Shown: positions 41,884 to 51,991, counted from the first letter of the stretch. The stretch: DNA of 64,000 bases from Novosphingobium sp. (GCF_030696665.1 NZ_JAUYRV010000022.1:2976-66975), one strand, 5' to 3'. Numbers and translations are program-made. The notes: generated by a model from the sequence alone, not told the origin.

Positions 41884-42267
41884 TCACGGTTGGCGTGTTC
41901 CGGCAAAGGGTGCGTCTTCAAACACGCGCTCCACTTCGAGCACCAGATCCTTGAGGTGAAAGGGTTTGGACAGCACGCGTGCCTGCGGGGCCTCGCGATT
42001 CGCCTTCAGCGTAACGGCGGCGAATCCGGTGATGAACATGACTTTGGTGGCAGGGCTGATCTCGGCACAGCGCTGCGCGAGTTCGATCCCGTCCATTTCG
42101 GGCATGACGATGTCGGACAGCAGAAGGTCGAAGTGTTCACGCTCAAGCAGCGGGATCGCTTCGGTTCCGCGATCAACAGCGGCCACGGAAAAGCCCGCGT
42201 TTTCAAGTGCGCGCGTGAGGTAAGTGCGCATCGCCTCTTCGTCTTCGGCGAGCAAAATGCGGATCAT
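41884..42267 (-). CDS. cpdR: Single-domain response regulator CpdR
   Basis: ILLAEDE..SDIVMPEMDGIELA..VMFITGFAAV..VLSKPFHLKDLV. Confidence 0.92.
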   Translation of the reverse strand: MIRILLAEDEEAMRTYLTRALENAGFSVAAVDRGTEAIPLLEREHFDLLLSDIVMPEMDGIELAQRCAEISPATKVMFITGFAAVTLKANREAPQARVLSKPFHLKDLVLEVERVFEDAPFAGTRQP

Positions 42268-42473
42268 GGCCAACCTGTATCTGTTATGGGCTTCGGTACG
42301 GGCGGAGACGCAACGGGGTGCGCCGGGACAGCACATATAGGCGTGCGAGGTTAACATTCTTGCGCTGCCTACCCTGCCAATCGCGCCATGAGGCACAAAA
42401 ACTATCATGCACAATCTTTGGAAGAGCCAGACAGGATTTTGACTTCATCACGAATCGGTTGCACGGTTGTGTC

Positions 42474-43436
42474 ATGCGGCATCCCGGCGAGCAAACTGCT
42501 GATTCGGCACTGATCCAAGGCGGGTCGGTGCCAGGCAACCCCGGCGTCCCGGCGTTCACGCTCATGCTGCCGAATCCCTCGCCGATTCCGGTCATGATCG
42601 CGGTGCCGCATGCGGGGCGGGCCTATGCCAAATCGCTGCTGGACCGGATGCGCCATCCCGCCTTTTCCGCACCACGCCTTGAGGACCGTTACGCCGATCT
42701 GCTGGGCGAGGCGGTAGCGCAGGAGCTTGGCGCGGCGCTGCTGATAGCGCGTGCGCCGCGTGCGATGCTCGATCTCAACCGCGCGAGCGATGATGTCGAT
42801 TGGGAAATGCTGGGGGGAAGGCCTCCCGATGCGTCTGCTTCGCCCAGCGGATTTGGTAGGCGCGCACGCAGTGGCCTCGGCCTTGTGCCGCGACGCCTGC
42901 CGGGTTTGGGAGAGCTGTGGAAGAGACGGCTGGATCACGGAGAGTTGAATGAGCGGATTTCTGCCATTCACGAGCCATACCATCGTGCGCTGGCCGACAC
43001 CTTGGAGACGATCCGTGATCGCTGGGGCGCGGCGCTACTGATCGATTTGCACTCGATGCCGCCGCTGGCTGCACGGTCGCCCGGTGAGGCTGCGCCGGAA
43101 TTCGTGATCGGTGATCGGTTCGGCGCGTCTTGTGACGGCGGCGTTGTGGCCTCGGCCTTCAGCGTATTTGCCGAAGCGGCACGCAGGGTTTCGCACAATC
43201 GGCCCTATGCGGGCGGTTACGTGCTGGAACGGCATGCGCGCAGGCATGAGGGGCTGCATTGCCTGCAATTGGAGATCGACCGCACCTGCTACCTCGATTC
43301 GCGCATGGCCGAACCAGGACCGGGTTTTGACGCGACGGTGGAACTTGTCATTGGCCTGGTCAGGCGGCTGGCGGTGGACGTGGCGGACCTTGGCCGCACT
43401 TCCGATCGCACCCGTTGGCGCGCCGCAGCGGAATAA
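42474..43436 (+). CDS. N-formylglutamate amidohydrolase family protein
   Basis: AVPHAGR, DLNRA, LIDLHSMP, HNRPYAGGY; start uncertain. Confidence 0.9.
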   Translation: MRHPGEQTADSALIQGGSVPGNPGVPAFTLMLPNPSPIPVMIAVPHAGRAYAKSLLDRMRHPAFSAPRLEDRYADLLGEAVAQELGAALLIARAPRAMLDLNRASDDVDWEMLGGRPPDASASPSGFGRRARSGLGLVPRRLPGLGELWKRRLDHGELNERISAIHEPYHRALADTLETIRDRWGAALLIDLHSMPPLAARSPGEAAPEFVIGDRFGASCDGGVVASAFSVFAEAARRVSHNRPYAGGYVLERHARRHEGLHCLQLEIDRTCYLDSRMAEPGPGFDATVELVIGLVRRLAVDVADLGRTSDRTRWRAAAE

Positions 43437-43467
43437 CGCAAACCAACCCCGGAATCAGTACTACCCA

Positions 43468-43570
43468 AGAAAAAACCACCTGGAGCAAGCTCCAGGTGGC
43501 CAAGGTTCAGGGAGGAGGTACACCGAAGTGTACCAATTGCGCTGGGCCATGAGGGGAGCCGCAACGCAAC
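43468..43570 (-). ncRNA. MmgR/SuhB (alpha-r8)-like trans-acting sRNA
   Basis: Hairpin, CCTCCTCCCT anti-SD, terminator with T6; convergent with the N-formylglutamate amidohydrolase gene as recalled for MmgR; 5' end inferred from promoter. Confidence 0.75.
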
Positions 43571-43576
43571 ATCTTC

Positions 43577-43605
43577 AAGATAGGTGAGGTGTTGGGGGGC
43601 TGCAA
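43577..43605 (-). promoter_or_regulatory. Putative sigma70 promoter of the sRNA
   Basis: TTGCAG-N17-TATCTT on the minus strand. Confidence 0.65.
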
Positions 43606-43709
43606 GGGTTTTCGAGGGATTTTTGCAACACTCCAAGAAAAAACGCGACGAACCGTGAGGTCGCCGCGTTTTTCTTTCGGACTGTTGCCTGATTGCGCTT
43701 TTGCGCGAA

Positions 43710-44489
43710 TCAGGCCACCGGAGCGGGCACCGCAGGAACCGGACCCTTGCCCAGTTGAACTTGCGCACCAAAAATCTGGCTGATCAGTTCAAGCGAGAAC
43801 AGGTGCGCATAGAGCAGCGGCAGAAGCCCGCTCTGCGCCCAGCCACGCAACACATCGCCACGGATTTCCCGCAGCTTTTCCTGATTGATCATCTGGAAGC
43901 CGCGATAGATGAACGGCTGTTCGTTGCCTTCCTGCTGAATGGCCACTTCGCCTTCCATCAGCAGGTCATGCTTCTTCAGCTCGTCGATAAAGGCCTGCGT
44001 GCGCTGGCCGGCCTGTTCGAACTGTTCGCAGAAACCGAGCGCGGCCTTGGTCGCTTCCGACGGCTGACCATCGGTGAACAAATCCTGCCCTTCGTGCGAA
44101 TCGCCCAAAAGGCCCGACGACGGATCGAAGCACAGCGACAGTTCTTCGCTGCTGGGATTCAGCTTGGCGAGCAGGAACGGATAGCGGCGCACATACGCAG
44201 GAATGTAGATCGGCTGGGTGACCTTGCCGGTCTCGTCAACAAAGACGTTCACACCTTCGTTGAGGCCCATCAGCGCGAGCGGCACCGGATTGTCGGCCGA
44301 TGCCAAGAGGATCGGGTAGTGGCGAGCAGCCTGCGGAAATTCTTCTGCCGTCAAAGGGATAGCGTGCTGGCCAATGAGCCAGGGCGCTGCATCCGCATTC
44401 TTTGCCTTCCACGTAGCGTGGTCACGGCTGTTGAGCGGCATCAGATCGTTGTAGAACATCGGCAGGTTGGCTTGCGGCGCGCTGGCCAT
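43710..44489 (-). CDS. SapC family protein
   Basis: EFPQAARHYPI, ALMGL..G.NVF, YIPAYVRRYPF. Confidence 0.9.
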   Translation of the reverse strand: MASAPQANLPMFYNDLMPLNSRDHATWKAKNADAAPWLIGQHAIPLTAEEFPQAARHYPILLASADNPVPLALMGLNEGVNVFVDETGKVTQPIYIPAYVRRYPFLLAKLNPSSEELSLCFDPSSGLLGDSHEGQDLFTDGQPSEATKAALGFCEQFEQAGQRTQAFIDELKKHDLLMEGEVAIQQEGNEQPFIYRGFQMINQEKLREIRGDVLRGWAQSGLLPLLYAHLFSLELISQIFGAQVQLGKGPVPAVPAPVA

Positions 44490-44599
44490 TTTGCATCTCT
44501 CCAATAAGCAACACACAACGCACGGCAAAATAACGGCGCTGGCCGCACCACGCGGGAACGGCGGTTATTAGGGACTGACGCAGGAGCGTGCAAGCAACG

Positions 44600-46024
44600 T
44601 TACAGCAGCTTTCCCGGGTTCAGCAGTCCGTGCGGGTCAAGCGCCTGCTTGATCGCACGCATCGCCGCCAGAGTTGCCGGGTCGGACAGGCGCGCCAGTT
44701 CGTCGCGCTTCAGCCGCCCGATGCCATGTTCGGCTGAGATCGAGCCACCCCATGCGGCAACCATATCATGCACTTGCGCGCTGATGGCCTTGCCGTCTGC
44801 GGCTTCCCATTCCGTCCGTTCGCGCCCCGGCGGCGCAATGACGTGGAAGTGGACATTGCCATCTCCAAGGTGGCCGAAGCAGACTGCGCGCGTCCCGGGC
44901 CAGTCGGTTTCGAGGCGCGGCACCGCCGCTTCGACAAAGGCAGGCATCTTTTCCACCGGCACGGATATATCGTGCTGCATCGCCGGTCCAATCGCGCGCT
45001 CTGCCGGCGAGATCGTCTCGCGGATCAGCCAGAGCCGCTCTGCCTGATCCTCGCTGGCGGCTATGGTGGCATCGGCAATCAATCCGCGTTCGAATGCGGT
45101 GGACAGCAGGTTTTCGGCGATTGCGGGCAGGCGCGCAGCGGTATCGGCATCTCCGGCGACGAGTTCGATCAGCGCGTGCCATGCGTGCGGATCGGCCAGC
45201 GGCGCGCGCGCGTCAGGCAGGTAATCGAGCACGGCTTCGAGGCTGTGCTGGGGCAGCACTTCGAAGCCTTCCAACTGGTCCTCGGCCATGTCCTGCGCCA
45301 GCAGCAGGAGGCTGCGTGCATCATGCAGTGAGGCTGTGCCCGCCCACATCACGGTGCGCCCTGCAATCGCCGGCGCGAGCTTAAGCGTGGCGGCAGTAAC
45401 AATGCCAAGCGTGCCTTCAGATCCGATGAGCACCTGCTTCAGGTCGAACCCGCGATTATCCTTTTTCAACGGGGTAAGCAGATCGAGCACCGAGCCATCG
45501 GCCATCACAGCTTCGACGCCAAGCACCAGCGCGCGCATCGATCCGTGGCGCAGCACTTGCGTACCGCCAGCGTTGGTGGCGATCAGGCCGCCGATCGTCG
45601 CCGAACCCTTGCCGCCCAATGTGAGCGGGAATCGCAAGTCTTGCGCCTCAGCCGCTTCGTGCAGCACCTGCAGGATGACGCCAGCCTCGCACGTCGCGGT
45701 CCGCGCTGCGCTATCGACATCAATAATGTGGTTCATCCGGCGCAGCGAGATGATCAGCTCGTGCCCGCTGTCGAACGGCGTTGCTCCGCCTGACATGCCG
45801 CTGTTGCCACCTTGTGGCACGATTGGCACGCTGTGCCGGGCACAAAGCTTTACCAGTGCCGAAAGCTCGCCGGTATCGGCAGGCGACGCCAGGGCCAGCG
45901 CCTTGCCGGTGTAGCGGCCGCGCCAGTCGGTCAGCCACGGTTCGAGGTCGGCTGTCTCGGTCGTCAGCCCTTTTGGCCCGAGCAGGCGGGCCGCTTCGTT
46001 CAGAAACGTGTCGCTCATCTGCAT
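44600..46024 (-). CDS. FAD-binding oxidoreductase (D-2-hydroxyacid dehydrogenase-like)
   Basis: PQGGNSG, IGSEGTLGI, GHLGDGNVH, SISAEHGIG. Confidence 0.93.
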   Translation of the reverse strand: MQMSDTFLNEAARLLGPKGLTTETADLEPWLTDWRGRYTGKALALASPADTGELSALVKLCARHSVPIVPQGGNSGMSGGATPFDSGHELIISLRRMNHIIDVDSAARTATCEAGVILQVLHEAAEAQDLRFPLTLGGKGSATIGGLIATNAGGTQVLRHGSMRALVLGVEAVMADGSVLDLLTPLKKDNRGFDLKQVLIGSEGTLGIVTAATLKLAPAIAGRTVMWAGTASLHDARSLLLLAQDMAEDQLEGFEVLPQHSLEAVLDYLPDARAPLADPHAWHALIELVAGDADTAARLPAIAENLLSTAFERGLIADATIAASEDQAERLWLIRETISPAERAIGPAMQHDISVPVEKMPAFVEAAVPRLETDWPGTRAVCFGHLGDGNVHFHVIAPPGRERTEWEAADGKAISAQVHDMVAAWGGSISAEHGIGRLKRDELARLSDPATLAAMRAIKQALDPHGLLNPGKLL

Positions 46025-46178
46025 CCGGCTATTGCGAGGTGCGCGCGAGGGCAATTCATTTTTGATTGCTGACGGGTTAAGCAAAGGTTCAAGCGTTCCG
46101 GCTAGGGGTGCTGGCAGGACGGTGGCGGCACAGGGCCGCACCGCTCAAGAGGGGTCAACGAGAGTTCTCGCTACACAA

Positions 46179-46778
46179 ATGTCCAGTCTTGCCAATCTTC
46201 TGGTCCCGCTCGGGATGCTGCTTTCGTTCGGCGCGAGTGAACCGGCGGCGCAGGTGGACGTGGGCCTGGACGTAGACAAGGCGTGGGCGGCGGCGAGCAC
46301 TCCCATCGGGTCGCCACTGTTTGAAAAATCTCCGGCATCCGGTGCGTTTGACGCATTCATTGCTGAAGGACTGGGCGATCAGACCTGGGATCAGGTGCGC
46401 ATCGAACAGCGCATGATCGTGCGCATCGCCCCGCGTATGCCGGGTTCGATGCTCGCGCCTCCGCCCGATCCACGTTTTTCCGGACCGCCACAGCCGCCGC
46501 GGTTTTTTGAACGCAAGGCCGACAAATGCCTGCCGATTGCGAGCATCGCTGGGGTCCAGATCGAATCGCAGGACCGGCTGCTGCTGATCACCCGCAACCG
46601 CAAGATGATCGGCGCGAGCCTCGATAAATCGTGCCGGGCGCGGGACTTCTATTCGGGCTTTTACGTGGATCGCAGCGAAGACGGGCGGCTTTGTGCTGGC
46701 CGCGATACGATCCATTCGCGCGCCGGGGCCAATTGCGCCATCACCAAAATGCGCGAACTCGTGCCCGATGATGACTGA
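46179..46778 (+). CDS. Conserved exported hypothetical protein
   Basis: Hydrophobic N-terminus, QVRIEQRMIVRI, four conserved-looking Cys in C-terminal half. Confidence 0.7.
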   Translation: MSSLANLLVPLGMLLSFGASEPAAQVDVGLDVDKAWAAASTPIGSPLFEKSPASGAFDAFIAEGLGDQTWDQVRIEQRMIVRIAPRMPGSMLAPPPDPRFSGPPQPPRFFERKADKCLPIASIAGVQIESQDRLLLITRNRKMIGASLDKSCRARDFYSGFYVDRSEDGRLCAGRDTIHSRAGANCAITKMRELVPDDD

Positions 46779-46919
46779 AACTGCCACACCGGTGTGGAAT
46801 TCTTGACTTTTCGGCGCATGTCGTCATAGCGCCCCGGTAGTGCTGGCAGCTTAGCCAAGAGCTTGCCGTCCAGCTGGCGCAGATGATGCGCCGTCTCTTG
46901 TTTTCGGAAAATAGCCTGC

Positions 46920-48353
46920 ATGAAGTTTGCCGACCTCGGCCTCTCGGATGAATTGCTCAAGTCGGTGCTTGATGCCGGCTACGATGAGCCGACCCCGATT
47001 CAGGCGCAGGCTATCCCCGCCGTCCTCATGATGAAGGACATCATCGGTATTGCCCAGACGGGTACCGGAAAGACCGCCGGGTTCGTGCTGCCGATGATCG
47101 ATATTCTGGCCCATGGCCGTCGCCGTGCACTGATGCCACGCTCGCTGATTCTTGAGCCGACGCGTGAACTGGCCGCACAGGTTGCCGAAAACTTCGAGAA
47201 GTACGGCAAGAATCACGACCTGAAGATGGCGCTGCTGATTGGCGGCGTGCAGATGGGTGACCAGATCAAGGCGCTGCAGGACGGCGTTGACGTGCTGATC
47301 GCCACGCCGGGCCGGTTGATGGACTTGTTCGAACGCGGCAAAATTCTGCTGACGGGCTGCGACCTGCTGGTGATCGACGAGGCTGATCGCATGCTCGACA
47401 TGGGGTTCATCCCCGATATCGAGAATATCTGCACCAAGCTTCCGGCCCAGCGCCAGACTTTGCTGTTCTCGGCCACGATGCCGCCGCCGATCAAGAAGCT
47501 GGCCGACAAGTTCCTGTCGAACCCGAAGATGATCGAAGTGGCGCGTCCGGCTTCGACCAACACCAGCATTGTTCAGCACAAGGTCCGCTGCACCACGCGC
47601 CAAAAGCGTGAAGTGCTGCGTCATCTGCTGAAAACCGATAACGTCACCACCGCGATCATCTTTGCCAATCGCAAGACGACCGTGCGTGAACTGGCCAAGT
47701 CTTTGCAGAGCCACGGTTTTGCCGCCGGTGAAATCCACGGTGACATGGATCAGAACTCGCGCAATGCCGAATTGCAGAAGTTCAAGGACGGCGACATCAC
47801 GATCCTGTGCGCGTCCGACGTCGCCGCGCGCGGGCTTGACGTGAAGGGTGTGAGTCACGTCTTCAACTTTGACACGCCGTGGCACCCGGATGACTACGTC
47901 CATCGCATCGGCCGCACCGGTCGCGGCGGGGCAACGGGGCGGGCATTTACGCTGGTTGCGGACGAAGACCTGGAATCGATCGAGAACGTCGAGAAGTTGC
48001 AGGGCACCAAGATCCCTGAATTCAAGATTGAGGTCGCCGAGAAAGCAGAGCGCAAGCCGCGCGCAGTTAAGACCGAGGTCGAAGCTTCGGAAGAACCAAA
48101 GCGCGGGCGCCGCAGCGAACGTCCAGCGCGTGAAGAGCGCAAGCCGCGTGCCGAGCGTGAGGTTCAGCCAGAGCGCGAGGCGACTCCTGAGCGTGCGGCT
48201 CCGGTGGAGCGTGAAGCAAAACCGGCACGTGAGCCACGTCCCGTCCGCCCGCCGCGTGGTGAGCGGACATATCGCGATCAGGCTGAGCCGATGAGCAAGC
48301 CGGGCGAATGGAATGGTCCGGTGCCAGAGTTTCTGGGCGTTTCGGCGCTCTAA
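46920..48353 (+). CDS. DEAD-box RNA helicase
   Basis: AQTGTGKT, DEAD, SAT, HRIGRTGR; charged disordered tail. Confidence 0.97.
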   Translation: MKFADLGLSDELLKSVLDAGYDEPTPIQAQAIPAVLMMKDIIGIAQTGTGKTAGFVLPMIDILAHGRRRALMPRSLILEPTRELAAQVAENFEKYGKNHDLKMALLIGGVQMGDQIKALQDGVDVLIATPGRLMDLFERGKILLTGCDLLVIDEADRMLDMGFIPDIENICTKLPAQRQTLLFSATMPPPIKKLADKFLSNPKMIEVARPASTNTSIVQHKVRCTTRQKREVLRHLLKTDNVTTAIIFANRKTTVRELAKSLQSHGFAAGEIHGDMDQNSRNAELQKFKDGDITILCASDVAARGLDVKGVSHVFNFDTPWHPDDYVHRIGRTGRGGATGRAFTLVADEDLESIENVEKLQGTKIPEFKIEVAEKAERKPRAVKTEVEASEEPKRGRRSERPAREERKPRAEREVQPEREATPERAAPVEREAKPAREPRPVRPPRGERTYRDQAEPMSKPGEWNGPVPEFLGVSAL

Positions 48354-48369
48354 CGCAGCACCGATGCCG

Positions 48370-48415
48370 AAAAGACAGCCCCCTCAACCACAACAGGTTG
48401 AGGGGGCTGTCTTTT
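48370..48415. terminator. Bidirectional terminator between helicase genes
   Basis: Perfect 20-bp inverted repeat with A/T ends. Confidence 0.88.
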
Positions 48416-50699
48416 ATCCAGCAAGCTTCACAAAGCTGTCGATCACGCGTTTGCGGCCTGTGCCGTCAAAATCGATCTCAAGCTTGTTGCCTTCCTGCTC
48501 AGCCACAGTGCCATAGCCGAACTTTTCGTGGAACACGCGCGCACCCACCGCGATGTCGTTGCGTGGTTTAGCAGCGAAGCTGGCGGCGCTGCGGGTGCTT
48601 TCGGCGATGCGGCGCGGCTTTGGATCGAAGGGCTGGGCGGCGGCGCGTTGCCAGCCCGGACCGCGCGATGCACCGCGATTGGCGCTGGCCTGTGCCACAT
48701 GCGCGAAAGGATCGTCCCGCTCGCTCCAGTTGGCGCGCCACATTGATGCCCCGCCCGACAGCGTGGTTTCCTCCTCGATGTGGTCGGCTGGCAGTTCGCC
48801 GATGAAGCGCGAGGGGATGGAACTGGTCCACTGGCCATAGATCTGGCGATTGGCGGCGTGCAGGATCGTGCAGCGCCGCCGCGCACGCGTGATCGCCACA
48901 TAGGCCAGGCGGCGTTCTTCCTCCAGCGAGGCAAGACCGCCTTCGTCGAGCGAGCGTTGCGAGGGGAATACGCCCTCTTCCCAACCGGGGAGGAACAGGT
49001 TCTCGAATTCCAGTCCTTTGGCTGCGTGGATGGTCATGATCGTGACCTTTTCCTCGTCGGCAGTCGCCTCGTTGTCCATCACAAGGCTGACGTGTTCGAG
49101 GAAATCACCCAGCGTTTCATACTCTTCCATCGCGCGGGCGAGTTCGGTGAGGTTTTCGAGGCGGCCGGCGGCTTCGGCGGTCTTTTCGGCCTGCAAGGCG
49201 GCTGTGTAGCCGCTTTCGTCGAGCATCGTGCGGGCGAGTTCGGCGGGGGCAAGCGTTTTGGCCTCATCGCGCCAGCGTGCAAAATCGCGCATCAGGGCGG
49301 TCAGGGTGCCGCGTGCGCGGGCGGGAAGTTCGTCTGTGTCGAGAATTTCGACCGAGGCCAGAGCCAAGGGAATGCCGCGTGCCCTCGCGTGACGGTGCAG
49401 CTTCTCCAGCGTCTTGTCGCCAAGGCCGCGCTTGGGGGTATTATAGATGCGCTCGAACGCCAAGTCGTCCTGCGGGCTGGCGATCTGCCGCAGATAGGCC
49501 AGCGCATCGCGGATTTCGGCGCGCTCGTAAAAGCGGAAGCCGCCAATTATACGATAGCCCATCCCAATCTGGATGAAGCGGTCTTCGATGGCGCGGGTCT
49601 GGAACTGCGCGCGCACAAGGATCGCCACCCGATCAAGCGCGGCACCTTCGCGTTCCAGTCGCTCGATCTCGTCACCGATCCGCCGTGCTTCTTCAGGCGC
49701 GTCCCACACGCCGATGACGCGCACCTTGTCGCCGCCATCGACCTCGGTCCACAACGTCTTGCCGAGGCGTTCGGAATTCTCCGCGATCAGGCCGGATGCC
49801 GCGCCAAGGATGTGCGGGGTGGAGCGGTAGTTTTGCTCCAGCTTGATGACCTTCGCGCCCGGAAAATCCTTTTCAAACCGCAGGATATTGGCGACCTCTG
49901 CGCCTCGCCATGAATAGATCGACTGGTCATCGTCACCCACCACGCAGATGTTCTTGCGGTTCTGGGCGAGCAGCCGCAGCCACAGGTACTGGACAGCGTT
50001 GGTGTCCTGATACTCGTCCACCATCACGTATTTGAAGCGCTGCTGCCAGCTTTCGAGAATGTCACGTTCGCGGCGGAAGATATTGAGCATGTGCAGCGTC
50101 AGATCGCCGAAATCGCAGGCGTTCAGCTCGCGCAGCCGGTTCTGGTAGAGCGCATAAAAGCGTTGACCTTTGCCGTTGGCATAGGCCTCATTTTCCAGCG
50201 CATCGAGATCGGCCGGGTTGTACCCGCGGTTTTTCCAGCGGTCGATCAGTCCCGCAAGCAGCTTGGCTGGCCAGCGCTTGTCGTCCACACCTTCGGCCAC
50301 GATCAGTTGCTTGAGCAGGCGCAATTGGTCGTCGGTATCGATGATCGTGAAGTTGCTTTGCAGGCCGACAAGTTCGGCGTGGCGGCGGAGCATCTTGGCC
50401 GCGATGGAATGGAATGTGCCGAGCCACGGCATCCCTTCCACCGCCGGGCCGATCAGCGCACCAACCCGCTCGCGCATTTCGCTTGCGGCCTTGTTGGTGA
50501 AGGTAACGCACAGGATCTCGCTTGGCCACGCAAGCCGCTGGCGCAGCAGATTGGCGAGGCGCGCAGTTAGCGCAGCAGTCTTTCCGGTGCCCGCGCCCGC
50601 CAGCATCAGCACCGGACCTTCGGTGGTCAACACCGCCTCACGCTGGGGCGGGTTCAGGCCATCGAGCCAGCTTTGTTCTTGATTCGCAATTTGAGACAC
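48414..50699 (-). CDS. uvrD: UvrD/PcrA superfamily 1 DNA helicase
   Basis: AGAGTGKT, VDEYQD, LEQNYRS, EERRLAYVAITRA; start moved to GTG 50699. Confidence 0.95.
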   Translation of the reverse strand: MSQIANQEQSWLDGLNPPQREAVLTTEGPVLMLAGAGTGKTAALTARLANLLRQRLAWPSEILCVTFTNKAASEMRERVGALIGPAVEGMPWLGTFHSIAAKMLRRHAELVGLQSNFTIIDTDDQLRLLKQLIVAEGVDDKRWPAKLLAGLIDRWKNRGYNPADLDALENEAYANGKGQRFYALYQNRLRELNACDFGDLTLHMLNIFRRERDILESWQQRFKYVMVDEYQDTNAVQYLWLRLLAQNRKNICVVGDDDQSIYSWRGAEVANILRFEKDFPGAKVIKLEQNYRSTPHILGAASGLIAENSERLGKTLWTEVDGGDKVRVIGVWDAPEEARRIGDEIERLEREGAALDRVAILVRAQFQTRAIEDRFIQIGMGYRIIGGFRFYERAEIRDALAYLRQIASPQDDLAFERIYNTPKRGLGDKTLEKLHRHARARGIPLALASVEILDTDELPARARGTLTALMRDFARWRDEAKTLAPAELARTMLDESGYTAALQAEKTAEAAGRLENLTELARAMEEYETLGDFLEHVSLVMDNEATADEEKVTIMTIHAAKGLEFENLFLPGWEEGVFPSQRSLDEGGLASLEEERRLAYVAITRARRRCTILHAANRQIYGQWTSSIPSRFIGELPADHIEEETTLSGGASMWRANWSERDDPFAHVAQASANRGASRGPGWQRAAAQPFDPKPRRIAESTRSAASFAAKPRNDIAVGARVFHEKFGYGTVAEQEGNKLEIDFDGTGRKRVIDSFVKLAG

Positions 50700-50703
50700 A
50701 CGG

Positions 50704-50718
50704 GAACGGTTAGAGAAC
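50704..50718 (-). promoter_or_regulatory. LexA (SOS) box upstream of uvrD
   Basis: GTTC-N7-GTTC on the minus strand (GAAC-N7-GAAC on plus). Confidence 0.8.
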
Positions 50719-50763
50719 ATTCCTCAGTGCGGCAAGGGCGCGTGGCCTGCCTGAGTCCGGACC

Positions 50764-51003
50764 TCAGTCCTCGTAGTTCTCGTAGTAGTCCGCTTGATAG
50801 TCGGAGTGCTCATGGTAAGCGTCCGCGTTGTTGTCGCGGTCATTATGCCATTTCAGCTCTTCCTTTTCATAGAAGTTGCCAGCCTTTTCCGAGGCCTTGC
50901 CAACCACTGCCACGGTGGTGGCCCCCATGATCGCACATGAACTGATCCAGAGAAGTGACAGGCACCCAAGACCCATCATCACCGAACGCAAAAGATCCGA
51001 CAT
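50764..51003 (-). CDS. Small hypothetical membrane protein or lipoprotein
   Basis: 79 aa, hydrophobic N-terminus with ISSC lipobox-like motif, Asp/Tyr/His-rich tail. Confidence 0.55.
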   Translation of the reverse strand: MSDLLRSVMMGLGCLSLLWISSCAIMGATTVAVVGKASEKAGNFYEKEELKWHNDRDNNADAYHEHSDYQADYYENYED

Positions 51004-51182
51004 CGAAGCCCCCTATATTCATCCCGAGATTTACGGCGGCACGGTTAATTTCATTTGAAGATTGTCGGTTCGTCGCATCAATTGTGGCGGACTGCCGCAA
51101 TTGGCGGAACCCGGCGTGTGTCTGCGGCTTGGCCCTATGTCCTGATGCTTCAGCTTCAGAATTTCGACCGAAGGAGTCCATC

Positions 51183-51845
51183 ATGCGTAACCTTTTTGCC
51201 GCCAGTGTGCTGGCGCTTGCCGTTGCTTCGGCACCAAGTTTTGTCGCCGCGCAATCCACCATGCCACCGGCGGCGTCGGCAATGCCTGACACAACTTCGC
51301 CTACCCCGCCTGACGATACGACTGCAGCCACCGCGCCGACCACAGCCACCCCCTATGCGCCCTCGGCAGATCAGCAACTGCTGATCGATGCATGGCCGGC
51401 TGAGCAGAAGAGCAAGTATGCCACTTGGCCGTCGTCCTATCAGGAGTACTTCTGGACGCTCGACGAAAGCCAGCAAAAGGGCTGGTGGGCGCTGACCGAA
51501 GAGCAGAAAGGGCAGGTCTATGCCATGACGCCCGATCAGCGCACGCAGGTCTGGCCGTCAATCGTGGCGCAGGTGAATGGCCAGTCGGCCGCTGCGACTT
51601 CCGCCAATCCGGCACAGTCTAACCCTGGCGCGCCTGCTCCGGGTATGGCCGAAAACGCCATGCCCACGACGCCGGGCCAGCCTGTGGGAAATAGCATGAC
51701 GGCTGATGCTGGCCCTGCTGCAACCACGCAGACGCCCGGTACGGCAATGGCGAGCAACGCAGAGGCGCCCACTGCGATGTCCAAGGACTATCCGGTGTGC
51801 AGCAAGACTGTGAAAGACGGCTGCCGCAACCGTGGCGGTGTGTGA
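51183..51845 (+). CDS. Exported low-complexity protein with Trp-rich 11-residue repeats
   Basis: Signal peptide, Pro/Thr/Ala linkers, C-terminal YPVCSKTVKDGC. Confidence 0.8.
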   Translation: MRNLFAASVLALAVASAPSFVAAQSTMPPAASAMPDTTSPTPPDDTTAATAPTTATPYAPSADQQLLIDAWPAEQKSKYATWPSSYQEYFWTLDESQQKGWWALTEEQKGQVYAMTPDQRTQVWPSIVAQVNGQSAAATSANPAQSNPGAPAPGMAENAMPTTPGQPVGNSMTADAGPAATTQTPGTAMASNAEAPTAMSKDYPVCSKTVKDGCRNRGGV

Positions 51846-51991
51846 ATCGTCAGGGTGAAGTGATGCAATGAAACAGGGCGCAGGACTCAGGTTCTGCGCC
51901 CTTCTTGTTTGGGCCAAGCCACTTGCTGGTATGGAAAGTGAGGACTAATCCCCCGTCGTCGGCGACCTGCGCTGGCGGGAGGAACCGAACC

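Noticed and set aside
46077-46091. TTAA-N7-TTCA as a CtrA box (also TTAA-N7-TTAT at 30867-30881)
   Set aside because: One mismatch in a short motif; cannot be told from chance without conservation data
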